This document shows, piece by piece, positions 9,079 through 18,728 of a stretch of DNA of 64,000 bases (the first letter of the stretch is position 1; each line of letters begins with the position of its first letter). The notes under the pieces are model-generated. The model saw nothing but the letters and a program-made list of their open reading frames with translations, searched no databases and was not told the origin of the DNA. The stretch lies in contig MGTI01000045.1 in the NCBI GenBank assembly GCA_001799365.1, forward strand, positions 532 through 64,531, read 5' to 3'. The position numbers and the translations under genes were made by a program. This DNA comes from Desulfobacterales bacterium GWB2_56_26. GTDB taxonomy: Bacteria; Desulfobacterota; Desulfobulbia; Desulfobulbales; Desulfocapsaceae.

Positions 9079-11022
9079 ATGAGTAAATGCACAGTTACAT
9101 TTCTTCCCCACCAAAGGAGTACAGCTGTCTCCGCCGGGGAGAGTATTATCCGGGCCGCACTGCAGGCCGGTGTGCATATCAATGCTTCCTGCGGCGGCGA
9201 AGGTGTCTGCGGCAAATGTCGGATTCTCATTGAAGCCGGTGCCGTTGACGACGGCTTTTCCGACAGGCTTGCCGAGGAGGATGCCGCCAAGGGTTACCGC
9301 CTTGCCTGTCTGGCCAAGGTCACCGAAAACGTCACAGTGCGGATCCCGGTGGAATCCGCCATGGACAAGAGCGTGATGAATCTTCAGGTCACGCCGCGCC
9401 GCACCGCCACCATCCAACATCCGGATTTCGAGAGCCTGAAGGAAGAAGGGCTCTTCATCCCTCCGGTAGAAAAGCTCTTCGTCTCCCTGACGCCCCCTGA
9501 TGCCGTCAACAATATGCCCGACGTGACCCGGCTGGTCGAGCACCTGAAGCAGGAGTTGAACGAGCACAAGCTCGAATTGACCCTGCCGGTGATCAAGAAA
9601 CTGCCGGGGCTTCTCCGCGGCAACGATTGGCAGGTAACGCTAACGATTATTCGGGCGGTCCGGGATGACGGCAAAAATGTCATCCAGAACGTCCAGGCGG
9701 GCGACAGAACGGCCCATAACTACGGGGTGGCCCTGGATATCGGCACCACCACCATTTACGGCCAGCTCATCGATCTCGCTACCGGCGAGTGTATGGCCGA
9801 AGCCGGCGATTTCAACGGCCAGATCAGCTACGGCGAGGACGTCATCACCCGCATCATGTATGCTGAGAAACCGGGCGGTCTGGACAAATTGCATGAAGTG
9901 GTGGTCGGCACCATCAACGGCGTCCTCAGGAAGATTATCGCCCAGTCGAAGGTGGATCGGGAGGATGTTTCGACGATCACCATCGCCGGCAACACCACCA
10001 TGACCCAGCTCTTTCTGCAGGTCGAGCCGCGTAACATCCGCCGGTCGCCCTACGTGCCTGCTGCGACGCTCTATCCGCCGTTTTCGGCAGAAAGCGTGGA
10101 CATCGATCTCAATGACCACGCCATTGCCCTGATCTTTCCCCAGATTTCGAGCTTCGTCGGCGGGGATATCGTCGCCGGGGTTATGGGTTCCGGGATGTAT
10201 CGCGATGAGCGGCTGACCCTCTTTCTCGACATCGGCACCAATGCCGAACTGGTGGTCGGCAACAAAGACTGGCTGGCCTGCACCGCCTGTTCCGCCGGAC
10301 CGGCGTTCGAGGGCGGCGGCATTGAATTCGGCATGCGCGCGGCAAAAGGCGCCATCGAAGATTTTTCGCTCGATCCGCTCACCTATGAGCCGATGATCTT
10401 CACCATCGGAGACGTCCGGCCCAAGGGGATCTGCGGCTCGGGCCTCATCACCATGGTGGCGGTGTTGTTCGAGATGGGCGTGATCAACAACCGCGGGAAG
10501 TTCAACCGCGATTTGGGCACCGATCGGATCCGGTCCAGGAACGACATCTGGGAATATGTTGTCGCCTGGAAGGAAGTGACCCAGATCGACCGCGACATCG
10601 TGCTCACAGAACCCGATCTCGACAATCTCATTCGGGCGAAAGGTGCCATCTACAGCGGCTGCATGACCCTGCTCGAAGAGGTGGGGCTGACCATGGACAT
10701 GGTCGAGCGCATCATTCTGGCTGGCGGCTTCGGCAGCTATATCGACCTGGAGAAGGCCATGACCATCGGCCTCTTGCCCGAGATCGATCCCGACTGCGTC
10801 ACCTTTATCGGCAACGGCTCGCTGATGGGGGCCAAGATGAGTTCGCTCACCAACAGAATACGTAAGGATATTGTAGCAGTGACCCGGCAGATGACCAACT
10901 TCGAACTGTCCGAGACACCGTCCTACATGGATAATTATATTGCCGCGATGTTTTTACCGCATACGGAAATCGAGAAGTTCCCCCGATTGAAAGCAAGAAT
11001 GGAGGCACGGGCGAGAAAATAA
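9079..11022 (+). CDS. acsV: Reductive activator of corrinoid protein (RACo/AcsV; 2Fe-2S plus ASKHA ATPase domains)
   Basis: N-terminal CGGEGVCGKC...RLAC ferredoxin; DIGTTT, GEDVITRI, FVGGD, DIGTNAE, SAGPAFEG, GICGSG, AGGFG; heads the acs cluster. Confidence 0.93.
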   Translation: MSKCTVTFLPHQRSTAVSAGESIIRAALQAGVHINASCGGEGVCGKCRILIEAGAVDDGFSDRLAEEDAAKGYRLACLAKVTENVTVRIPVESAMDKSVMNLQVTPRRTATIQHPDFESLKEEGLFIPPVEKLFVSLTPPDAVNNMPDVTRLVEHLKQELNEHKLELTLPVIKKLPGLLRGNDWQVTLTIIRAVRDDGKNVIQNVQAGDRTAHNYGVALDIGTTTIYGQLIDLATGECMAEAGDFNGQISYGEDVITRIMYAEKPGGLDKLHEVVVGTINGVLRKIIAQSKVDREDVSTITIAGNTTMTQLFLQVEPRNIRRSPYVPAATLYPPFSAESVDIDLNDHAIALIFPQISSFVGGDIVAGVMGSGMYRDERLTLFLDIGTNAELVVGNKDWLACTACSAGPAFEGGGIEFGMRAAKGAIEDFSLDPLTYEPMIFTIGDVRPKGICGSGLITMVAVLFEMGVINNRGKFNRDLGTDRIRSRNDIWEYVVAWKEVTQIDRDIVLTEPDLDNLIRAKGAIYSGCMTLLEEVGLTMDMVERIILAGGFGSYIDLEKAMTIGLLPEIDPDCVTFIGNGSLMGAKMSSLTNRIRKDIVAVTRQMTNFELSETPSYMDNYIAAMFLPHTEIEKFPRLKARMEARARK

Positions 11023-11042
11023 GGGTGAATGGATTGATTTTC

Positions 11043-11156
11043 GTACAGGGGCGTCGACCCGCCAGGGCCGTTCCGCACCCTCCCGATTACGGTTGGGAGC
11101 CTGTCACCGAGTGGAATATCGCGAGAGCGAGTTGAGCATATAGGAACATTTTGTAC
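11043..11156 (+). ncRNA. Candidate structured cis-regulatory RNA between acsV and acsD (family not recognised)
   Basis: Nested stems GTACA/TGTAC and GTTCC/GGAAC enclose hairpins CTCCCGAT-TACG-GTTGGGAG and TCGC-GAGA-GCGA (UNCG-like and GNRA tetraloops). Confidence 0.4.
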
Positions 11157-11252
11157 CTCTTGTTGTTTGGCTAGTTTGTGAAAAGGGGAGGTTGCTGTTG
11201 CAGTCCGATAACAATCTCCGGAGAATAATTACCTACCAGTAAGGAGGCAAAA

Positions 11253-12809
11253 GTGGGATTTGAACTAAAGAAGGAATCCTATAGCGGCGGCATTAAGGCT
11301 ATTTCCATCGGCAAAGGCGATTCCGCCATCACCGTGGGAGCTCAGACATGTTATCCCTTCTACACTTTTGAAGGCAACATGCCGAACAAGCCAATTATTG
11401 CTATGGAGATCTGGGACATGGCGCCGGAAGATTGGCCGGAACCCGTCGTGGCGCCCTTCAAGGATGTCATCTCCGACCCTGCTGCCTGGGCCAAAAAGTG
11501 TGTCGAAGTGTATGGCGCCAACGCAATCGTTATCCAACTGAAAAGCGTCGATCCCAACGATAAGGATGCCAGCCCTGAATCCGCAGCCGAAACCGTGAAA
11601 AAGGTTCTGGACGCCATCAAAGTTCCCCTGATCGTCTGGGGTTGCGCCAATCCGGCTAAAGACGAGGTCGTCCTGAAAGCCGTTGCCGAAAAATGTCAGG
11701 GTTACAACCTGGTCCTCGGCCCTGTCGAAGAGAAAAACTATAAAGGTATCGGCGCGGCCGCCATGGGCTATGGCCATGCGGTCATTTCTTCTTCGCCGAT
11801 CGATGTCAACCTCGCCAAGCAGATCAATATCCTCCTGGAAAACCTCGGCATGCCGATGGAGAGGGTATTGGTCGATCCGACCACCGGCGGTCTCGGCTAC
11901 GGTATGGAATATACCTACTCGGTCATGGAACGGCTCACCATGGCGGCCATGGTCCAAGGCGATGAAAAACTGCAGTTCCCGATGATCAACAACCTCGGCA
12001 ACGAGGTCTGGAAGTGCAAGGAAGCCAAGCAGACCGTAGCCGACGCACCGGTTCTCGGCGACCCGGAAAAACGCGGTATCATGATGGAATCCATCGGCGC
12101 CGTTTCCTATCTGCTGAGCGGCTCGAGCGTGCTCATCATGCGTCATCCCGAAGCAATCAGGATGGTCAAGGAATTCATCAATGCGCTGGCTGACGGCGGT
12201 TCTTTGCAGCAGGCTGCGCCGATCGCCAAGAAGCTTGCCGAAGTCAATGTCGATTTCGCGGCTCTGGCGCCAAAACCCGATCTGACCATCGCCGCAGAAG
12301 AGAAGAAAGCCGCTCCGGCTGCGAAGAAAGAGGCGCCTGCCGCCCCGGCCGCGCCTGCCGCCAAGCCGGCTGCCGCCACTGCCCCTGTCGCACCGGCAGC
12401 CAAGCCGGAAGTGAAAGCCGAAGCCAAACCGGCACCCGCTGTAGATCCTGCCGCCCAGGCGAAAGCCGAAGCGGAGGCCAAAGCCAAGGCTGAAGCTCAG
12501 GCCGCAGATCAGGCTAAAGCCAAGGCTGACGCGGAAGCAAAAGCGAAAGCCGATGCCGAGGCGAAGGTCAAAGCCGATGCCGCCGTCAAGGCTCAAGCGG
12601 AAGAAGATGCCAGAAAAGCGGAAGCAACTCAGCGGGAAGAGGACGAAAAAGCCCTCAAGCGGCTCCGAGCCCAGGCCCGCAAGGCTGCCGAAGAGGCTGG
12701 CGCCGCCAAACCTGTTGCCGAAATGGCCATGAGCGCCGACCCGGTTCAGAAAACCCAGCAGGACAAGATTCTTGACATGCTTGACAGATTCCATCGGAGA
12801 AAAAGATAA
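11253..12809 (+). CDS. acsD: Corrinoid iron-sulfur protein small subunit with a long Ala/Lys/Glu/Pro-rich C-terminal extension
   Basis: GTG start after AAGGAGG; SSPIDVNLAKQIN, VDPTTGGLGYGMEYTYSVMER, GDEKLQFP, LIMRHP; core ends near residue 315. Confidence 0.93.
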   Translation: MGFELKKESYSGGIKAISIGKGDSAITVGAQTCYPFYTFEGNMPNKPIIAMEIWDMAPEDWPEPVVAPFKDVISDPAAWAKKCVEVYGANAIVIQLKSVDPNDKDASPESAAETVKKVLDAIKVPLIVWGCANPAKDEVVLKAVAEKCQGYNLVLGPVEEKNYKGIGAAAMGYGHAVISSSPIDVNLAKQINILLENLGMPMERVLVDPTTGGLGYGMEYTYSVMERLTMAAMVQGDEKLQFPMINNLGNEVWKCKEAKQTVADAPVLGDPEKRGIMMESIGAVSYLLSGSSVLIMRHPEAIRMVKEFINALADGGSLQQAAPIAKKLAEVNVDFAALAPKPDLTIAAEEKKAAPAAKKEAPAAPAAPAAKPAAATAPVAPAAKPEVKAEAKPAPAVDPAAQAKAEAEAKAKAEAQAADQAKAKADAEAKAKADAEAKVKADAAVKAQAEEDARKAEATQREEDEKALKRLRAQARKAAEEAGAAKPVAEMAMSADPVQKTQQDKILDMLDRFHRRKR

Positions 12810-12894
12810 AGAGTATCAATTAGTAAAGGAATAATGAAGTATCGCTCTTGAGATAATTGATAGTCTCAAAAACTCTATGAGGAGGAACCTCGAT

Positions 12895-14922
12895 ATGGCA
12901 GAAGTAACCACCAAAGTTGATAAAGTTGCCAAACTAGCTGATCCGATGGAATCATCGATTGAGCCGTCGACCCAGGAGATGATCCGTCGGGCCCAGAAAT
13001 TGGGTATTGAAACCGTCTTCGATCGCGCCGTCACCATGAAGCCCTGTGCTATTGGACTTCAGGGTATCTGCTGTAAAAACTGTGCGATGGGCCCCTGCCG
13101 TCTACCCCTGCCGAAAGATGGAATTCAGGGCGAAGATACTCGTAAAGGTCTTTGCGGCGCGACCGCAAATACAATCTGTGCAAGAAACTTCCTGCGTATG
13201 ATTGCTGCCGGCGCCGCTGCCCACTCCGATCATGGCCGGGCCGTTGCTGAAACTTTTCTTTCGGCCGCCAAGAAACATACCAATGACTATAAGATCAAAG
13301 ATCCGGGCAAGCTCATTCAGATCGCCCCGTACTTCGGCGTGGCCACGACTGTAGAGGTCGATGGTGTTGTGAAAGACCGGGATCTCAACGAGATTGCCGT
13401 CTGTGTTGCGGAAAAGGCCATCCAGGAATGGGGTAAGCCCTCAGGAACCCTTGCCTATCTGAAGCGAGCTCCTCAACCTCTGCAGGACAAATGGGAAGCA
13501 GAGGGTGTCATGCCTCGGAATATCGACCGGGAAATCGTCGAATGTATGCACAGAACCCATATGGGTGTCGATCAGGATTACAAAAACCTGATGAAACAGG
13601 GTACTCGTGCCTCCCTGGCCGATGGCTGGGGTGGCGCAATGATCGCCACAGATCTGCAGGATGTAATGTTCGGCAGCCCCACACCTCTGCAGTCGGAAGC
13701 TAACCTTGGGGTGATGAAAGAAGACCATGTGAATATTATCGTCCATGGTCATGAGCCGCTTCTTTCAGAAATGATCGTGGCCGCTGCTCAATCCCAGGAG
13801 ATGGTCGATTACGCCAAGTCGAAAGGCGCCAAGGGGATACAACTCGGCGGAATTTGCTGTACCGCCAACGAAATCCTTCAGCGTCATGGCGTACCTCCCG
13901 CCGGAACCTTCCTCCAGCAGGAACTGGCAATCATTACCGGTGCCTGTGATGCGATGGTCGTAGACGTTCAATGTATTTTCCAGAACTTGGCCAACGTTGC
14001 AAAATGTTTCCACACCAAACTCATCACCACTCATCCGATTGCCAAGATGGAGCAGGATAATGTGGTTCACATTGAGTTTGATGAGCACCATGCGATGGAA
14101 GATGCCATTCGTATCGTCAAGATAGGGATTGATAACTTCCAGAAACGTGGTGTCGATGTCATGATTCCGCGTCACAAATCATCGCAGATTGCCGGTTTTG
14201 GCGTTGAATCCATAAAATATCACTTGGGTGGCAGTTTCCGAGGCGACTACTTCACCTTGAATGACAATATCATAAATGGCCGTATCCGTGGTATTGCCGG
14301 TGTTGTTGGTTGTAATAATGCTCGTACCAAGCATAACGAAGAGCATATCACCCTGATTAAAGAACTGATCAAGAACGATGTCATCGTCTTGACTACCGGT
14401 TGCAGCGCCATCGCTTGCGGTATCCACGGTTTGCTCACTCCCGAATCAGCGGCAGTTCATTGCGGTCCTGGTCTTGCCGAGGTCTGCGAGACTGTTGGTA
14501 TTCCGCCTGTCCTCCATCTCGGTTCCTGTGTCGATAACAGCCGTATTCTTTTGGCTGCTACTGAAGTTGTGAAAGCTGGTGGACTGGGGAAAGACATTTG
14601 TGATCTTCCTGCAGCAGGAAGTGCACCTGAGTGGATGAGCGAGAAGGCGATTGCCATTGGACAATACTTTGTCGCCTCCGGTGTCTACACCGTTTTCGGC
14701 TATCATATGCCTCTCGACGGTGCTCCGGTATTCAAGGATTATCTGTACAAGGAAATGGAAAAAATGTATGGCGGCAAATGGGATTGCGAACCCGATCCGA
14801 TCAAGCATGCCCATAAGATGATTGCCCATATTGATAAGAAACGTAAGGAACTTGGCATCGACAAGGCTCGTGACAGGGTGCTTATGGATATGGCTGACAG
14901 GCAAGCCCTTGGTATGGAATAA
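12895..14922 (+). CDS. acsA: Anaerobic Ni-Fe carbon monoxide dehydrogenase catalytic subunit (ACS-associated)
   Basis: C-x7-CCKNCAMGPC (D/B clusters), AHSDH, HGHEP, ICCTANE, VDVQC, VVGCNN, TTGC, GSCVDN, WMSEKA; GGAGG RBS; adjacent to acsB. Confidence 0.96.
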   Translation: MAEVTTKVDKVAKLADPMESSIEPSTQEMIRRAQKLGIETVFDRAVTMKPCAIGLQGICCKNCAMGPCRLPLPKDGIQGEDTRKGLCGATANTICARNFLRMIAAGAAAHSDHGRAVAETFLSAAKKHTNDYKIKDPGKLIQIAPYFGVATTVEVDGVVKDRDLNEIAVCVAEKAIQEWGKPSGTLAYLKRAPQPLQDKWEAEGVMPRNIDREIVECMHRTHMGVDQDYKNLMKQGTRASLADGWGGAMIATDLQDVMFGSPTPLQSEANLGVMKEDHVNIIVHGHEPLLSEMIVAAAQSQEMVDYAKSKGAKGIQLGGICCTANEILQRHGVPPAGTFLQQELAIITGACDAMVVDVQCIFQNLANVAKCFHTKLITTHPIAKMEQDNVVHIEFDEHHAMEDAIRIVKIGIDNFQKRGVDVMIPRHKSSQIAGFGVESIKYHLGGSFRGDYFTLNDNIINGRIRGIAGVVGCNNARTKHNEEHITLIKELIKNDVIVLTTGCSAIACGIHGLLTPESAAVHCGPGLAEVCETVGIPPVLHLGSCVDNSRILLAATEVVKAGGLGKDICDLPAAGSAPEWMSEKAIAIGQYFVASGVYTVFGYHMPLDGAPVFKDYLYKEMEKMYGGKWDCEPDPIKHAHKMIAHIDKKRKELGIDKARDRVLMDMADRQALGME

Positions 14923-14972
14923 TCTCACAAAAACGAACCCGATATTACTAATCCATAATAAAGGAGCAAAGT

Positions 14973-17186
14973 ATGTCAAGATTAGTAGCATTTGCAGCTA
15001 TACAGGGCGGTTACAAGGTTGTATCCCAGGTGGAGGGAGAGCTGGAAAAAGCTCTTCAGACCTATGACGCCGCCACCAAAATAGGATTCCCCAATACTGC
15101 GTACTATCTTCCGGTCATTTATTCTCTCACCGGCATGAAATGTGAGACCCTGGAAGATCTGAAGAAGCCGATGCAGTTTGCCCGCGGCCTTCTGCCGCCC
15201 CATATCAAGGGCAGCAACCATCTGCCCTACCTCGGACCGCTTCTCGATGCCGGTATGGCCGGTATCTTCGCCTACGAGGTAAAAGAGGCTCTGCGCATCC
15301 TGCGTGAGCCCGATTTCTATGTAGACACAGAGGATCCGGATATCGATTCAGGCAAGATCTGGGTCGGTCCCGCCAATGACATTATTCTCCGAAAGCGTGG
15401 TGTCGAATTCGTTGACGGTTCGGCTCCCGGTTTTGCAGCAATCGTGGGTGCAGCTCCCAACGCTGAGATCGCCAAGATGATCGTCGAGGATTATCAGAAG
15501 AAAAACCTCTATATCTTCTGCGCCGCCAACCACAACGGCAAGACCGTCATCGAGCAGCTTCTTGAGGCCGGAGTGCAGATCGGTTGGAATACCCGTATCG
15601 TACCTTTCGGTCCGGATATCTCCTCGGCCGTTTTCGCCCTCGGTTTTGCCAACCGTGCCGCCATGGCCTTCGGTGGTGTTCAGCCCGGCGACTTCCGCAG
15701 AATGCTGATGTACAACAAGAACCGTATCTTCGCCTTCGTCAATGCGCTGGGCGATGTCGGCACCGAGTGGGCCGTTGCGGCTGCCGGTTGTGTCAACTGG
15801 GGCTTCCCGACGCTTGCCGATACCGATATTCCGGAGATCCTGCCGACCGGTATCTGCACCTACGAGCATGTTGTCGCCAACGTGCCGCACAACGAGATCT
15901 GCCAGAAGTCCGTTGAGGTGCGCGGCTTGAAGATCAACGTCACCCAAATCGACATCCCCTGTGCCTTTGGACCGGCATTCGAGGGTGAGCGGGTACGCGG
16001 CGGCGATCTTTTTGGTCAGATGGGCGGTGGCAAGACTCAGTGCACCGAGCTGGTTAAGATGGCCGAGATGAGCGAGATCGAAGACGGTAAAGTAGTCGTT
16101 GTCGGCAAGGATGTCGGTGACATGAAAGAAGGCGAAACCCTGCCGCTCGGTATTTTTGTGCAGATCGCCGGCCGTGAGTTCCAGACCGACTTCGAGCCGA
16201 TCATGGAGCGCCAGATTCACCATCTGATCAACTATATCCAGGGCGTCATGCATATCGGCCAACGCGATATCTCCTGGGTCCGTATCAGCAAGGCGGCAGT
16301 TGAAAAAGGCTTCACCCTGAAGGATATCGGTGTCGTACTTCATGCCAAGTTCCACCAGGATTTCAAGAAGATCGTTGATAAAGTCCAGGTAACACTGTTC
16401 ACCAACAAGGCAGATGTCGACAAATTGACCGCCACTGCCCGAGCCGAGTACAAAACCCGTGACGAGCGTGTCGACAAGATGACCGACGAGGATGTCGATA
16501 CCTTCTATTCCTGCAGTCTCTGCCAGTCTTTTGCCCCGAGCCATGTCTGTTCGGTGAGTCCGGAGCGGACCGGCCTCTGCGGCGCTTACAACTGGATGGA
16601 TTGCAAAGCTTCATTTGAGATCAATCCGACCGGACCCAATCAGCCGATCAAGAAGGGCAAGGTTCTCGATCCGGTCCTCGGCCGTTTCGAGGGTGTGGAT
16701 GAATTCATCAAGGTTGCCTCTAAAGGCGCCGTTGAAACCTATAACTTCTACTCGATGGTTCAGGCACCGATGACCACCTGCGGGTGCTGTGAATGTATCG
16801 CCGCCATGCTTCCGGCTTGTAACGGCATCATGACCGTCGGCCGCGACTACACCGGTGATACCCCGTCCGGAATGAAGTTTACCACCCTCGCCGGTGTGAT
16901 GGGCGGCGGGGCCTCTTCTCCGGGGTTTGTCGGCCATTCCAAGTTCAACATCACCCAGGGCAAATTCATCCTCGGCGATGGCGGCCTGCTGCGCATGGTA
17001 TGGATGCCGAAGGTCGTCAAAGATGAGATCCGCGATCGCCTGAATGCTCGCGGCGAACAGATGGGCGTCAAGAATTTTGCCGACATGATTGCCGACGAGA
17101 CCGTCGGGATCACCGAAGACGAGATTCTGCCATGGCTCCAGGAGAAGGGGCATCCTGCTCTCAGCATGCCTCCGATCATCGGCTAA
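14973..17186 (+). CDS. acsB: Acetyl-CoA synthase
   Basis: FPNTAYYLP, A-cluster motifs FYSCSLCQSFAPSHVC and GLCGA, PMTTCGCCECI, RMVWMPK. Confidence 0.97.
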   Translation: MSRLVAFAAIQGGYKVVSQVEGELEKALQTYDAATKIGFPNTAYYLPVIYSLTGMKCETLEDLKKPMQFARGLLPPHIKGSNHLPYLGPLLDAGMAGIFAYEVKEALRILREPDFYVDTEDPDIDSGKIWVGPANDIILRKRGVEFVDGSAPGFAAIVGAAPNAEIAKMIVEDYQKKNLYIFCAANHNGKTVIEQLLEAGVQIGWNTRIVPFGPDISSAVFALGFANRAAMAFGGVQPGDFRRMLMYNKNRIFAFVNALGDVGTEWAVAAAGCVNWGFPTLADTDIPEILPTGICTYEHVVANVPHNEICQKSVEVRGLKINVTQIDIPCAFGPAFEGERVRGGDLFGQMGGGKTQCTELVKMAEMSEIEDGKVVVVGKDVGDMKEGETLPLGIFVQIAGREFQTDFEPIMERQIHHLINYIQGVMHIGQRDISWVRISKAAVEKGFTLKDIGVVLHAKFHQDFKKIVDKVQVTLFTNKADVDKLTATARAEYKTRDERVDKMTDEDVDTFYSCSLCQSFAPSHVCSVSPERTGLCGAYNWMDCKASFEINPTGPNQPIKKGKVLDPVLGRFEGVDEFIKVASKGAVETYNFYSMVQAPMTTCGCCECIAAMLPACNGIMTVGRDYTGDTPSGMKFTTLAGVMGGGASSPGFVGHSKFNITQGKFILGDGGLLRMVWMPKVVKDEIRDRLNARGEQMGVKNFADMIADETVGITEDEILPWLQEKGHPALSMPPIIG

Positions 17187-17199
17187 CAATCAGGCAGGG

Positions 17200-17230
17200 G
17201 CATGGTTCTCTTCTTTTACGGGAACCATGC
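17200..17230 (+). other. Intercistronic hairpin between acsB and acsC
   Basis: GCATGGTTC ... GAACCATGC with no U-tract; more likely an mRNA-stabilising element than a terminator. Confidence 0.45.
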
Positions 17231-17267
17231 TCAACCGGCTTTGAATTAATATAAGGAGACAAAACAA

Positions 17268-18608
17268 ATGGCGTTAACAGGAATACAAATCTTTAAGCTC
17301 CTGCCCAAAACCAATTGCAAGGAGTGCGGAGTTCCGACTTGTCTTGCTTTTGCTATGAATCTCGCTTCCGGTAAGGCCGAACTTGATGCCTGCCCTTACG
17401 TATCCGATGAGGCCAGAGCTCAGCTGGCCGAGGCCTCGGCTCCGCCGATTCGTCCGGTGGCTATCGGCAAGGGCGTCCGTGCTGCCAAGACCGGTGGTGA
17501 AACCGTGATGTACCGGCATGAAAAGACCTTTTTCAATCCGACTCTTTTTGCCGGAATTATCACCTCGGACACTGCACCTGCGGTGGTCGAAGGCAAACTC
17601 AAGGCATGGAACGCCCTGCAGTATGAGCGGGTCGGCCTGAACCTGCGTCCGGAACTGGTGGCCTTGAAAGATGTTAACGGCGACGGCGTGGCTTTTGCGA
17701 CCCTGGCCAAGCAGATCGCCGAGACCTCCGAGTTCAACCTTATCCTGATGAGCGAGAAAGCGGACATCATCGAAGCGGCAGTCAAGACCGCCGGCTTCAA
17801 ACGGCCTTTAATTTATGCCGCCACCGCCGCCACCGCCGATGCCCTCGGCAAGATTGCCCTCGACAACGACCTGCCTCTGGCGGTCAAGGCCGATTCCATA
17901 GACGGATTGATCGCCCTCACCGACAAGCTGGTGGGTATGGGCGTGAAGGACCTGGTGCTCGATTCCGGTTCCCGTGAAGTCAAGCAGGCCCTGGAAGATC
18001 AGGTCGCCATCCGTCGCGCGGCGCTGAAGGCCGGCAATCGTTCCGTCGGTTTCCCGACCATCACCTTCCCCTGCGAAATGGCCTCCAATATCGCCATGGA
18101 AGGTATGATTGCCAGTATGTTCGTGGCTAAATACGGCGGGATCGTGGTCATGTCCGACCTGACCACCGAGGTCATCTTCCCGCTGCTGCTGGAACGGCTC
18201 AATATCTACACCGACCCGCAGCGGCCGATGACGGTCACCGAGGGTATCTTCGAGATCGGCGCGCCGAACGAGAACTCTCCGGTCCTGGTTACCACCAACT
18301 TTGCCCTCACCTACTTTATCGTCTCCGGCGAGATCGAGGCGAGCAAGGTACCTGCCTGGCTGCTCATCAAGGATTCCGAGGGACTCTCCGTCCTCACCGC
18401 CTGGGCGGCCGGCAAGTTCGGCGGCGACGATGTGGGCGCGTTCGTCAAGAAGTGCGGCATCATGGATAAGGTCAAGCATAAGGAACTCATCATCCCAGGC
18501 TATGCTGCAGCTATCGCCGGCGATGTCGAAGAAGAGCTTTCGGGCTGGACCATCACCGTAGGACCGAGAGAGGCTGCCCATATTGCAGGGTTTTTGAAGA
18601 GCAGATAA
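17268..18608 (+). CDS. acsC: Corrinoid iron-sulfur protein large subunit
   Basis: LPKTNCKECGVPTCLAFA...CP 4Fe-4S domain, RHEKTF, IYTDPQRP, TTNFALTYF, GLSVLTAWAAGKF, GPREA. Confidence 0.97.
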   Translation: MALTGIQIFKLLPKTNCKECGVPTCLAFAMNLASGKAELDACPYVSDEARAQLAEASAPPIRPVAIGKGVRAAKTGGETVMYRHEKTFFNPTLFAGIITSDTAPAVVEGKLKAWNALQYERVGLNLRPELVALKDVNGDGVAFATLAKQIAETSEFNLILMSEKADIIEAAVKTAGFKRPLIYAATAATADALGKIALDNDLPLAVKADSIDGLIALTDKLVGMGVKDLVLDSGSREVKQALEDQVAIRRAALKAGNRSVGFPTITFPCEMASNIAMEGMIASMFVAKYGGIVVMSDLTTEVIFPLLLERLNIYTDPQRPMTVTEGIFEIGAPNENSPVLVTTNFALTYFIVSGEIEASKVPAWLLIKDSEGLSVLTAWAAGKFGGDDVGAFVKKCGIMDKVKHKELIIPGYAAAIAGDVEEELSGWTITVGPREAAHIAGFLKSR

Positions 18609-18623
18609 TCTTTATTATAAAGG

Positions 18624-18666
18624 GCAACCGGCAATTTCTCCATGAGAGGGGCCGGTTGCGTTTTTG
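18624..18666 (+). terminator. Intrinsic terminator-like hairpin after acsC
   Basis: GCAACCGGC...GCCGGTTGC followed by GTTTTTG. Confidence 0.55.
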
Positions 18667-18728
18667 TTCCAGGATATTGGAGTTGTTCGATAGGTTGTTT
18701 TACAACAAATCTGAAAAAGGAGAAAAAC

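Noticed and set aside
11265-12794. Long antisense ORFs (11265-12794, 21158-22540, 29576-31294, 31135-33762, 39973-41175 and others)
   Set aside because: They are shadows of well-supported genes on the opposite strand in GC-rich DNA and carry no recognisable motifs.
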